From Podarcis melisellensis (taxonomy: Eukaryota), in NCBI GenBank assembly GCA_964234715.1, contig OZ174275.1: a DNA stretch of 64,000 bases. One strand, 5' to 3'. Below, one piece after another: positions 35,390-47,699 of the stretch. The number at the start of each line of letters is the position of its first letter. Position 1 is the stretch's first letter. Below the pieces are notes generated by a model. That model ran no database searches. It was not told where the DNA came from and saw nothing but the letters and a program-made list of their open reading frames with translations. Both the position numbers and the translations under genes were made by a program.

Positions 35390-38300
35390 CATAATAAAAA
35401 AAAAAGTTAGGTTAATGTTACATGAATAAAATGGTACCATCGTGTAACATTAACCTAACATTTTTTAAATTTATTCTTGTATTAATTTCATTATATTAGC
35501 ATGTGGTCTATTCCATTTTATCTCAGGTTCTCTTTTCATATACCTCTTTGAAACACTTGTTACATTCACAGTTTACATTCCTAGATGCATATCCTAACCC
35601 TAACCCAAACTACCGGTAGATGAGATGGGAAGAGATCCATGATTAGATCTCCAAGGTGGGTTTTTTCCTAATTCTTTTTTAAAACGTTATAAACAGCCAT
35701 GGGATGTATTAAGTGTAACTACATCCCCACTGCTCCATATCACCATTTGGTTGCAGGGAGGCAACACTTGCCATGCTACTTTCCTGCCTTCCACCCTATG
35801 AAGTTACCCTATGCTAATTTTATAATAACCACTCTGCAAGTCCCTGCCTGAATTGTGAATACCATAAGGCAGTTAAGACATATTAAGAAACAATTCATCT
35901 ACTGATCCTTCCAATTATATACTCTTAATACCTTCCTGTTCAAATGTAGCTTCAAAAGTCTATGCAATCAGTGGCCACAACTAATACTTCCCCCCTCCTA
36001 ACCCTTAAAACTCACACCGTTTCAGAAGCCTTCAGAGAGGACAAATAAACAACATAGACGTATTTGCTTTTCCAACCTAGATTACCCTAGCCTCTTTGGG
36101 CTACAGGGTTTCAGTTCCCAGCTTGACCTTTATTGCAATGAGGCGGACAAATTGAAAAGCCATCAAGGACTTTACTTGTTGTTTTTTGCTAAAAACTAAG
36201 TGTTTCCAGAGCCAGTCTAGCAGCTTTCACCAGTTCTGAAATTCACCACAAACATCAAGCTAATGTTTATCAAATCCCTGCCAGAACTGGATGGAACCAA
36301 CACCACAGATGAAGGGCATGAGAAGCTGGTTTGCTGTGGACCTTCAGTCCGGCCTTTGCTGCTGCTTCTTAGAGGCACAGCAGGGCTCACACATCTCTTA
36401 CTTTACATTTTCTATGGGGCACAATCTGAACTCAGTTTATAAAACAGCCACCACAGTCCTCTTAATGGAAATGGTGTAGTCTCCAGACAGGAAGAACCAA
36501 GGGCCCCCAAGCCCCTCACTGAACAACAACAAAAAAGCCAACTGTCTTTTCTGCCTGCAGCTCGCAATTCCAGACTCCATTCTGGCTGGCAGGAAACGTT
36601 CCCAAGTCTTTTGGCTGGCCTACTAGGAGAAACGGGGCACTGCCCCACCAGCCTTCCAACTTCCAGACATGCAGAAGCAACATGTGCTTTATTTAGTTTT
36701 AGCTACTGGTGATGTCAATCATCTTATGAGTATCTTAAATACCTATTTTTACCTGTTTATCAATAATTTTCATGTTTTGTTTTATACTTTTGTAATTTGC
36801 TTTGAGGTTCTCTTACATTCATGGGATACATAAATTTTGTGAAATAAAGAAACTGCTCTCGGCCAGATCCCACCAGCCTGCCCTGCCTGCCTTCATACTT
36901 ACAACCAGCCCAGGGGGTGGCACAATGCTTGCCAGCTCCCTCCTGCTTAATCTCAGCATTACCTTTGAGGAACTCAACTGGAAAGAGTGGGGGGGGGGGG
37001 GAATCAGAACTAGCTGTTTCTGCCTGTCCACTGACTCTGCCTTCACCTTTTGTTGGCCCCTCTGCCTCCTCCCTGCCAGTCCCAAGAGGCACCAGCCAAC
37101 ACTGCTTTTGAAGACATGTTTGGAATGACTGGGGATGAGAACCTCACTATAGCCATTTAGCTAAACCTCCCCTTTAGCAGGCAAGGGCCAGGGCCCTGCT
37201 ACAATCACCCCCTCCATCAGCCAGACATCCACCTTCTGCACTCTAAATCCATCCTGAATTCATACTTTATTAACTTGTGTTACGATGTAAATTACTACAG
37301 TGTGCATGTAACCAGGAAGGAAGATGGTTGTATACCACACTGCCAAAGGAAGCTGAGAATTGCATCACTGCCTGGCTTCCCCAGCTCTCTGACACGAGAG
37401 AGAATGTGCAGTAACTTTCTCATCCATGTCCCCATGTGGCAGCCAGGCAGATATTGGCATGTTGCCGCTTTGTAAAATGGTTGCCATGTTCGACTGCAGG
37501 GCCCTTTCATCTTAAGCATTTAAAGAAATTCCTTTTTCTTTGATGATTATGGCCAGTTTTACTTTTCTATGCTTGCACAGTAGCAGCAGACAGACCTTTC
37601 CAGAGGCTTGTTTAGAGTCTCAAACAAATATTTGCACTGGAATTCAAACCAAAAATTTCACTGATCCTTCACTGGGCCAGTGTGAGGGAGCAGGAGGGGA
37701 GAGGAGAGGAGAAAGGCTGATAAATGGTGTGGGTTCATGGACTTATTGTAAGCGCGGGGGGACCCTTTGCTGGTACAAGGTTTTTTGAAGCAGATGCTTT
37801 TATCAGTGGGTTGTGATCTGTGACCATGGGGGCTTAAACCTTGATTATGTTCCTAAGACACTGCTGCCCAACCAAGAATAAATGCCTTTGTGGAATTTTT
37901 AGAATCCTTTTCATGTCACCTTTAAGCGCCACCCATGACACTACATCCACTGAGCTCTTCCTGACCTTTTGAGATACACTGAGCAGATTAGCAACCCACC
38001 CAGGATTACACCCCCGCAGAGACCGCTTGATTGCTGGAAAGTTACGCAGCATACCGGTTCTGCTTATCCATCTGTATACTTATCCATCTGTATACGATGC
38101 CTCATGCACATTCCTTCCTTTTAGTTAGCTCTGATCCCTTGCATCTAAATCCATCCCGTGAGAAGAGAATGCCATTGCTCCTTTCCCAGCAGGCTGTCAA
38201 AATCTGCAGATTTCAATCTCTCTGCTACTTCGGAAGCAGCCAGCCAGATTAGATCTAACTTTACCCTTAAGAGCAGTGTGCAAGCTTTCCAGGACACAAC

Positions 38301-40773
38301 CAGCTTGATCAGAGTTATTGGCAAGGAGCAGCGGAAACTCCAGTCCAGCCCCACCCCTTACTATTCCCACCTCAGCCAAGGATGACAGATGGCATCACTG
38401 TTCTCCTTTGCTATGGTACACCAAGTCAAACCAGCACCACAATGAAAATCTTTTTTCTTTTTGTCAAATGCTACTGGCACCACTGAAGAGATCTTTGTGC
38501 AGAAATGATAACTGCATTTCCAAAGATCCCTTAAGAACCTTTTTTAAAAAAAGAAAGAAGTCTGATGGGGTTGTTGCTTCTGTTGCTGATTTCACTGGAA
38601 GATTTGAATGGTCATTGCCTTCAATTTTATACTCCCTACTTCTCAGGGGGATGCCAAATAGTCTGGCTTTGGAGCTAGATTTCTCCATTTCCCTGTGGAA
38701 TGAGCTTCACATGGGACAATTTCAGCTTTTGCTATGCATCGCTAAACGATATCAGCAGAATGGAGAAGCCCCGGATTACATTTTTCTCTTTAGCAACCAA
38801 AATACTGAGGAAACTTACAGAAATGTACAACCTACTGAAACACTAAAGAACATCTTATCCTTTTATTTGGAAGGAATTTTAGTCCACATCACATTTAACT
38901 AAAAGGCCTTGCAATATGTGCTTTGGCTCACTAAGCTGAAGCATCTGGATAATTTTACACCGTCTACATAAGACGCCTCAGTCACCCTGGCACTAAGCTT
39001 GTGGCACACTATGGTCTGGATTATGCAAGAAGTGGTGGGTGAGCATTCCTGCCTTAAGGCAGGAAGGTGAACTGCAAGATGCTCTGGTACCTGTTAACCA
39101 TAAGATCCTGTCTCAAACAAGTGATCCATAATAATTATTTTGCAGAGGCTGAGAGCTGCAACTACCCTTAAATTAGAAAGCAGAAAAATTCTTAGTGGAG
39201 GTGAAAGTTGCATCTGTCAGACCAGTCTATGAACATTACCCCATAACAACATGAGTTCAAAGGCACAACAGACATGGAATGTGACATTTTCCAGGGGACT
39301 TCCCTAGATCCAGTATATTCAAAGGGATCTCTCTTTTTAAAAACCAACTCACTTTGGTTAGCACATTCACAAAATCTCACTTTGGTACTTTGCCCATTTA
39401 GCTCTGTTAGCAAATTGCAGCTTTTACTGCTGTGTGCACTGTGATCTACTATGACCTACAAGAAGCAAGTTCCATGTATATGTGACACATGTACAAAATC
39501 AAGGATGGCGCTTTTTGAATGCATCATCTCCAATCTACCTCTTCAGTTACATAACAATGGAGAAAATTATGAATGGCACAAAGGTGTTCTCAAGAAGCAG
39601 GTCAACAGAACTCTGATGCTACCCCTTTGGGCCCTTGGACAAGTCTAGCTTATTTTTAATAATCACTGAACTTCATTGCAACAACTTCTAAAAGGCTTTG
39701 TTAGAATGTTCTAAACTATTTGTATATTGTTCAACACTATACTTGCAGTCAGCAGTTTTATACAATCTGTGCCCAGTGCAAGTCTGCACATCCTCATTTT
39801 TGACATAGCGGGGGCACTTCTGGGCCTAGGATCCCCAGTTTGGGTTGGGGAGTGCAATGGCCCTGAACAATTCTATCAATAAACAAGTATATTCAAAATA
39901 CTGAATTAGGATTAAGCAGTGCTAAATCCAAGTCCACCAGCTTAACTTGTTTGCGATCTGGTTGTCAGTCTGTTTAACACATGCATCATCCCATACCTGC
40001 CAGGGAAAGATAATAACATTAGATCTCACTATCAAGATCACCCATTTTATCATGAAATAATTTGGCTCTTAAGTTCTCATGCACAGCAAATGCCTCCCTA
40101 ATTAAAAGCAAACACAACACACCTTCCGCTTTACCTATTACTGTTGGAGACAAGCTGTGCAATTGTCAGGTCTCCACAGTGCGTTGTGAACAACCTACAT
40201 CTCTGTGTGTATGAGTGTGTGTATGTTGGGGATTGTGGATGTTTCTGTGCAAAGCAGCGTAGTAATGGGAGCATGCTCACACTTGCAGACTGGTAATGCA
40301 CTGGGTGTGACTGTTGATTCAATGAGGCTTGTCTGCTAGGCTCTTTTAATGGCACAGCTGGTATTTTTGTGAGGCAGCTGCTTGCAAAAGCCAAATGAGC
40401 TCATCAGGAGTCACCCAAAGACTCTGTGTGAAGAACGGATCCCCAGAGCGGTCTCACAGTGGAGGCCCATTCCCATCTGCAGAGGACGAACACTAGGAAT
40501 AAAGGAAGGGAAGCATCCAATTCATAACTGCGCAGCTGGGCAAGAAAGGCAAATTGTATGATCAATACAATACTAAGAGACTAAGGATCTGCCCCACCTT
40601 CCACATCCTACACTTGAGGGCAGGATTACAACAGTCACACCAGGGATTACCTCCAACCCCAGAGATTGTCTTTATTATCCATCATATTATTATTGGCCAT
40701 TAATCATCTTTTCCTCCTTGCACTGTTCTGGCTCATCTCTGAGCTAAACATATACTATATGCTTGTGTGTTGC

Positions 40774-40776
<3 letters not shown>

Positions 40777-40842
<66 letters not shown>
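40777..40842. repeat. (GA)n microsatellite
   Basis: Direct reading; one interruption. Confidence 0.97.
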
Positions 40843-40844
<2 letters not shown>

Positions 40845-42054
40845 TATCACAGGTTTCAGGATCTCTCTTTTCAGATGTATGTTCATTTCTAGAGCTTATG
40901 ACGACAACTGATTTTCACTGTACAGGGCATGGATGAAAGTCCAGATAGCTCAGTGCCCTTTACTGTAACTTCCAGCACTGCCTACAACCACTCTTCAGCA
41001 GACACCTTTCACTTCTTGCCTGTTACTTCTTTGTGTCTTTGCAAAGAACCAAGGAATTAAAATAAAATGAAGGCTCGTGTTTTGCATTCCCCCCCACCCG
41101 TGACCTGTTCTTGTTAGTCTTGTCATGTTTTATTATTTATGTTTGTATGCAGAAATTATAATAATTGCTTTGTGAAGGTTTTTCACCGATTCTGTAACAG
41201 ATAATTAATAAAAATCTAAAATAAAATAATGGTCAATAATAGGATGGCCCACTATTTCTCAGTTGACCACGGCATAAGCAACAGTGCACAGCTCAGGCCG
41301 TGCTGTACCAAATGAGAGTTATGGGAGAAGAGCCCCCCCCCAAGTATCAAATCACATTATCGCATAAGAAGTTCTGAAACACAGCACTGCCTAGGGTGGT
41401 TTCATAGAGCTCATTATTCCATTCTGAGTCCTCGGTACCCATGAGTGAGGGAGGGAAGGGAATGGGGTGAGGAGGGGATAAGGAGCTGAATAGAAAAGTA
41501 TGATGGAGCAGAGAGTTTGAAATTAAAGGGCAGCAGAGGCCAAAATGTCATTCCTGCAGCTGTAGCAGCCGCCGCCACCAGCCTGTCTGGAATTCCAGTG
41601 CCAGCTCCCCTACACACACACTTACATATGCACAAGCACACACACATACACACTCCTCCTACTAGCTAGCTGCATTGGGAGTTATTGTTTTTGCCAAGTT
41701 AACATTTCTGAATCCAGTTCCTTCTTGGAGATTTGGTGCTCGTACTGTGTTTGCCTATGCAAATCACACTGTGGAAGAGGAAAAGGGTTTATAAACCATA
41801 TAATGGAAGGGGTTCCGTACTGCATTTGTACACAAAAGCCAATTGCATGGCACTGAGAGCTGAATCTACATCCTGGGAAGGAGAAAGAAGATCTGTGTCT
41901 CTTGAGAAGTCCAGGGACTTTCATGGGCTGCTCACTGAGAGAGAAAAAAGACATTTAACTAGGAGATTCTATGTTGTCAAACACACCTTTGTTAACCTAG
42001 GCGTTCTCCTTTGTACGCAAGAAGGACCTTGCAAGGAAATGCAACACAGCTATT

Positions 42055-42990
42055 AATGTAAGAGCACAAGGGTCTGCTAGATCAGGGCAAAGGCCAATCT
42101 GGTTCAGCATCACAGTGGCCAACCAGATGCCTAGGGGAAGCCTGAAAGCACAACCTGATCCTCATGAATTCAAGCAACTGGAATTCAGGGGCATGCTGCC
42201 TCCAACAGTGGACAATGTGGCTAGTAGCCACTGGTAGCCTTATCCTTCATGGATTTCTCTCTCTCCTAAAGCCATCCAAGTTGGTAGCCATCATTGCTTC
42301 CTGTGAGAACGAATTTCATAGTTATCTATGAGTGTGGGAAGAAGTACTTTTGGGGGTCTGTCCCGAATCTTCCAACATACGGCTTCACCGGATGTCCAAG
42401 AGTATTATGAGAGAGCAAGAAGAGTTTCCTCTGGCTACGCTCTCCACAAGATGCGTAATTTTACCTGCCTTTTCTCAAAACTGAAAAGCTCCTTATGTTG
42501 TAGCCTTTCCTCATGGGGGAGTTACTCTGTTTCCTTTATCATTTTGGTTGCCCCTTTTGGAATGCTTTTCCAGCTCTACAATATCCTTTCCGAGGTGAGG
42601 CAAAGACACAGTATCCCAAAGGCAGACGCACCATAGATTTGTATAATGGCATTAGGATGTTGGAAGTTTTATTTTCAGTTCCTTTCCTAATGATCCCCAC
42701 CATGGGATTTATACTTTCCACAACTGCCACACATGGGATCGACATCTTCACTGAGAAGTCCACTACCTGCCTAAGTTCTCATTCCTGATCAGTCAACTCC
42801 AGTTCAGACCCCATGAGCATATATGTAAAATTATTATTATTATTATTATTATATTATTATTATTATTATATTATTATTATTATTATTATTATTATTGCCC
42901 CCTTGTGCATCCTTCCGCACTTGTTTACAGTGAATTCCACTGGCCATTTTACTGCCCCTTCCACCAAGGGTTCATCCACACTTCCGCTTG
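42055..42990 (-). mobile_element. CR1 LINE 3' fragment (with internal TTA microsatellite expansion)
   Basis: Reverse CR1-type 3' end (ctgctagatcagggcaaaggccaatctggttcagcatc) followed by degenerate ORF2 (minus LYKSMVRLPLGYCV); borders approximate. Confidence 0.7.
42831..42895. repeat. (TTA)n microsatellite
   Basis: Direct reading; two phase shifts. Confidence 0.95.
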
Positions 42991-43826
42991 CCCCATGCTT
43001 TCTAGGCATGGGTCCAAACAGCCTTTCATTTATCCCATTGCTTTCCCCAGAAAAACCCACTACTATCACAAACATTAAGCTGCCAACATCAATCAATGGG
43101 CATTTCCTCCGATTCAGTGGTAAACAGCAGGTTTTCCCAGGGGAAAACAGCGGGATAAGCGGGAAAGTGTGGACAACCCCTAATTTAGGAGACATCCCTT
43201 TGGAGCTCTTCACAGTAACTTTTTACTTTAACCATCCTCAACTATTTGGAATAAGCAACATCTCTTATTGTTTATTGGCTGCTATATGTATTAATAGCAT
43301 ATCACTTGCTCTTCAACTGGTGGGTCGGGACCCACTAGTGCGTTGCTACCTGAACCTAGGTGGGTTGCAACAGGAACACGACCACTATGCAAATATATGG
43401 TAAAAGATCAAGAAATAGGTCCCCAAATGAAAATTTGGGTTAAAAGTGGATCCTGGGTCTGAAAAGATTGAATATAAATAGATTATATTCTAGTCATTTG
43501 GGAAGGAATCCCATAGCAAGATGAGGTGGTGAGGATCCAGTGGATATCCGGCTGTGCAAGGAAGCAAGGAAGTTCCAAACACAGCTAGGCTACTCCAGCT
43601 TAACTTCTTCATCCTCAGCTATATTTCCCCCATCTCATCTCAGCCAGGGCCCAGTGGAGTTTAATCTGGCATATGCTCTGAAAAAGGGGTGCTCTGGGGA
43701 CAGGACATGGGCAGAACCATAAAGGGGAAAGTTAGGCTGGATCCTAAGCCTGTTCAGATCGGTCACATGACCTGGTAATGTGATGTACCTGGTAAAGCTA
43801 AAAAGGGTGCTGTAATTCAAGCACTA

Positions 43827-44149
43827 CAGTGGTGCCCTGCAAGACGAACACCTCGCAAGACGGAAAACCCGCTAGACGAAAGGGTTTTCTGTTTTGGAGG
43901 CGCTTCGCAAAACGAATTTCCCTATGGGGTTGCTTCGCAAGACGAAAAAATCTTGCGAGTTCCCGCGGTTTTTTCCGCTCCCCCCTTTTCCTAAACCGCT
44001 AAGCCGCTTAACAGCTGATTGCTAAAAGCCGCTAGACCGCTGTAGTGCTAATCCGCTAAGCTGTCAATGGGCTTGCTTCGCAAGACAAAAAAACCGCTAG
44101 ACGAAGAGAATCGCGGAATGGATTCTTTTCGTCTTGTGAGGCACCACTG
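43827..44149. mobile_element. Short (323 bp) MITE of the same family as 44861-46069
   Basis: TA|CAGTGGTGCCCTGCAAGACGAA ... TTCGTCTTGTGAGGCACCACTG|TA. Confidence 0.9.
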
Positions 44150-44860
44150 TATTTTAACGGCTCATTTCACCTCTGCCAGCCTTAGGCCACCTCATTCAGC
44201 AGTAGCCCCACTGCTGAACCGTTTCAATCTGATGTAACTGTACTCTGTCTTCACTTACACCAGCATGCTTTTTAGCAGCTTCTTGTGTATTGGATTGCTC
44301 TCTTATGGGTATGTGACTTGGTTAGTTCACTCGGTATCTGAATATTATGTTTTCTATTCACATCCGAACCCAATACCCTTGCTGCTGCACCATGTTACAT
44401 CAAAATAGCCTACTGCCATTTACCACCATTGCAAATGTAGCCATTGCGAAACAAAGGCAAATTATGGTTTATCTGTCAACATGGCCAAGCACATAATGAC
44501 ATTCTCTGTCATTACCCTTCTCAGGCTGGGTTATCAGGGACAAGTTCTGCCCTGTTTCAACAAGAAAACCCAATGATGTGTGCAGAAGTTTTTTAACATT
44601 ATTGTGAACAACCAAGGCAACCACATCTCTCCAGGAATGTGCAAAAGGAGCCTGGGATACTTTGAATTTTCAGTGCTTGACATAAACCTGATTGAAGCTG
44701 TACCGTGTGGCAGAATGCCTCTGTGGCTGTGTGACAGTTTGCACAGTGCATGTCAACACCACAAGCTGGGAAAGGCTTTCCCTGCTGGAGACACATCCAC
44801 TAAACATGAATTCACTGGCTCCTTATCTGTTACAACAGCATATCTGTGAAAAGGCAAGTA

Positions 44861-46069
44861 CAGTGGTGCCCCGCAAGACGAATGCCTCGCAAGACGAAAA
44901 ACCCGCAAGACGAAAGGGTTTTTCGGTTTTTGCGACGCTTCGCTAGACGATTTTCCCTATGGGCTTGCATCGCAAGACGAAAGCCCATAGGGAAATCTCG
45001 GGGACCTTTTTTTAAATGCTGGCGGTGGGGAGCAAAGCCTTTCCCCCCCCCCCTCCGGACTTCAGAAGAGGTCCAGGAAGGCCGGCGGGGGCGAAAGGCT
45101 TTGCTCCCCACCGCCAGCATTTTAAAAGCGGTCTGGGATAGCAGGGAAGCGCTTCCCGCTATCCCGGACGGCTTTTGAAGGCAGGCAGGGGGGGCAAAGA
45201 CTTTTGCCCCCCGCCCGCCTTCGGAAGAGGTCCAGGACCTCTTCCCAAGGCGGGCGGGGGGCAAAAGTCTTTGCCCCCCCTGCCTGCCTAACCGGGGGCT
45301 TTTAAATCGCCCCGGGACTGTCCGGGGCGATTTAAAAGCCCCCGGACGGCTTTTGAAGCCTCCCCCTGCCGCCCGGCATCGGGGCATCGTCCCGATGCCA
45401 GGCGGCGGGGCGAGAAAGCCTCCCCCGCCGCCCGGCATCGGAACGATGTCCCGAAGCTGGGCGGCGGGGCGGGAACGCCTCCCCCCGCCGCCCGGCATCG
45501 GAACGATGTCCCGAAGCTGGGCGGCGGGGCGAGAAAGCCTCCCCCCGCCGCCCGGCATCAGAACGATGTCCCGAAGCTGGGCGGCGGGGCGGGAACGCCT
45601 CCCCCCGCCGCCCGGCTTCGGGGCATCGTCCCGATGCCGGGCGGCGGGGCGAGAAAGCCTCCCCCCGCCGCCCGGCATCGGAACGATGTCCCGAAGCCGG
45701 GCGGCGGGGCCGCGAAGCCTGGGCGCGCTGGCAACTCTCCGCAAGGAGCGCTCCCGCTGCTTGCGGAGAGGTCCGCGAAGCCTGTCCTGGACCTCTTCTG
45801 AAGGCAGGCGGGGGGCAAAAGTCTTTGTCCCCCCTGCTTGCCTTCCCAGGGGCTTTTAAATCACCCCGGACAGCGGAGAAGTCCTCCGCTGTCCCGGGCG
45901 ATTTTAAAATGCCGCCCGCCAGAAGAGGTCGGGGGAAGGCGGTTTCCATAGGAACGCATTAATTGATTTTCAATGCATTCCTATGGAAAACCGTGCATCG
46001 CAAGACGAAAAATTCGCAAGACGAAGAGACTTGCGGAACGAATTAATTTCGTCTTGCGAGGCACCACTG
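44861..46069. mobile_element. Non-autonomous Tc1/mariner-superfamily (pogo/Tigger-like) element, 1209 bp, with GC-rich internal hairpin array
   Basis: TA|CAGTGGTGCCCCGCAAGACGAA ... TTCGTCTTGCGAGGCACCACTG|TA terminal inverted repeats, TA target duplication, repeated subterminal CGCAAGACGAA motifs, no transposase ORF. Confidence 0.9.
45357..45720. repeat. 60-bp GC-rich minisatellite, 6 copies, each unit a hairpin
   Basis: Unit ~CCCCCCGCCGCCCGGCATCGGAACGATGTCCCGAAGCYGGGCGGCGGGGCGRGAAMGCCT, aligning row to row in the 60-nt display. Confidence 0.95.
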
Positions 46070-47699
46070 TATAAAGTAGGCCTGGGCCACAGGTTGCAAT
46101 AATACCGGTGAAACAAGAATTCTGGGTTGCCTCTTTCTCTTCGGATAATAATAACCAATTCCTATGACTAAACATGCTGGATGGAAGCTTGAAGTTAAGA
46201 GCCAAGCTATAAATGTCCAAGAATGCCCTGCCAGTTGAGAATTCACATTATGTTAGCTGTAGGCACACAGGAAGGTGCTTTAAATGGGAGAGCATTTAAA
46301 CAAATTATCTCCTTATCTGCAGCCTGAAATGACATGGCCCAAATAATGATGTTACCATGTGATATTTCAGAATGCATAGTTTTCCTTTGAGCCTTTGAAG
46401 TAGGACTTAATTCCACATGCATGTGTTTACATTCATTGCATTACTTCCCGCCAAGTTTTAGCATTCTCAGTGCATTTATGCAGCTCAAAACCCTCCAAGG
46501 CTGAAATTCACACATTGAGGTAGTACATGATGTTAGTGGGTTGGTTGACAATCAACACATTTTAAAACAACTGCACCTAAAAGCAGGACCTCTCTGTCCC
46601 GTAGACCACAAGTGGTTAAAAAAAAAAACATGGCGGGTTTTCTGGCTACTTTCTCACATTTTGAAATAAAGTTTTGTTGCAACCCTGAGATAACCGATTG
46701 AGATAATATTTTAAACTATTTTTAGAATTTTTTTTATCATTGCTGCCTCAGCCAAACATGGTTGCTTCAGGAGGAAGGGCAAGGTATAAAAGGAGCAATA
46801 ACGATTATGATAACAAGGGCAAAGCAGGAAGAGAAGCCCACAGGAACAGAACCTAAAGGAAAAATCTGCATACTACTACCCACAAGGGCACAATCAGGCA
46901 TCATATTGAGGGGTGTCCCAAATTATTTCAATGAAATGCTGTAAAAAAAAACAACCACAGTATTTGAGATTTCAGTCTCAGGGAATAAAGGCAAAAAAGG
47001 ACTTCTCTTATTAGACTAATGATATGTGTAAGAAAGAACTCAAAAACCACACAGACCTCTATTGGTTCAGTGATAGATATTGCTTTCCCTATGTATAGGT
47101 CCTCAAAAATCTCCCAATACTGAGAGGTCGTCCCCCCACTTTTACTATGCAACAGGGGTTGGGAACCTGAAGCCCTCCATATCCTGCTGGACTCCAGCTC
47201 CGATCATCCCTCATGCTGGTGACAACTGGTGGGAGTTGTGGCCCTATATATGCTGCTGGGCTACAGGTTCCCCACCTGCTACTACACAATCATGTTTTAA
47301 AATTTCTGAAAAGCCAGATTTAAATAATTTACAATGGGAGTTGCCCAACCTAAGCAGGCAGACACACACCCCACAGAGGGAGGAGGGGCAGGAGGGAAGC
47401 AAGGCAGGAGTCAGGTGAGGGGTGAGACTACAGGCCAGTGTGTTTTAGGGAAAGGATTATATGCACATGTCTGCACTGATCTCCTGACATAACAACATTC
47501 CTGAACAGCAGGAGATGGAGAGCTACAGTTTTCGCTCTAATAGCCCCCTGGGGTCACTGGCCAGCCTCGAATTCCCTCCTATTCCAAAGCCATTCACATT
47601 ATCTTCAGGTTCATACACGGCCATCAGGTTTCCCCTGGAGTGGGGGAACGAACAGTTTAAGCCTCAAACCCAATTATTTCCCATTTGCGGTTAAAAACT

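Noticed and set aside
38318-38902. 194-aa plus-strand ORF
   Set aside because: Non-ATG start, no recognisable domain or splice structure, antisense within an intron.
42813-43403. 196-aa ORF with poly-L/Y/I N-terminus resembling a signal peptide
   Set aside because: Hydrophobic run is a translated (TTA)n microsatellite in a CR1 remnant.
45357-45720. CRISPR-like appearance of palindromic repeats
   Set aside because: No unique spacers, no cas genes, vertebrate context, enclosed by TIRs.
44830-45949. Long ORFs on both strands (304, 205, 168 aa) with 20-aa repeats
   Set aside because: Produced by a GC-rich 60-bp (20-codon) minisatellite with no stops inside a MITE; no transposase or domain signature.
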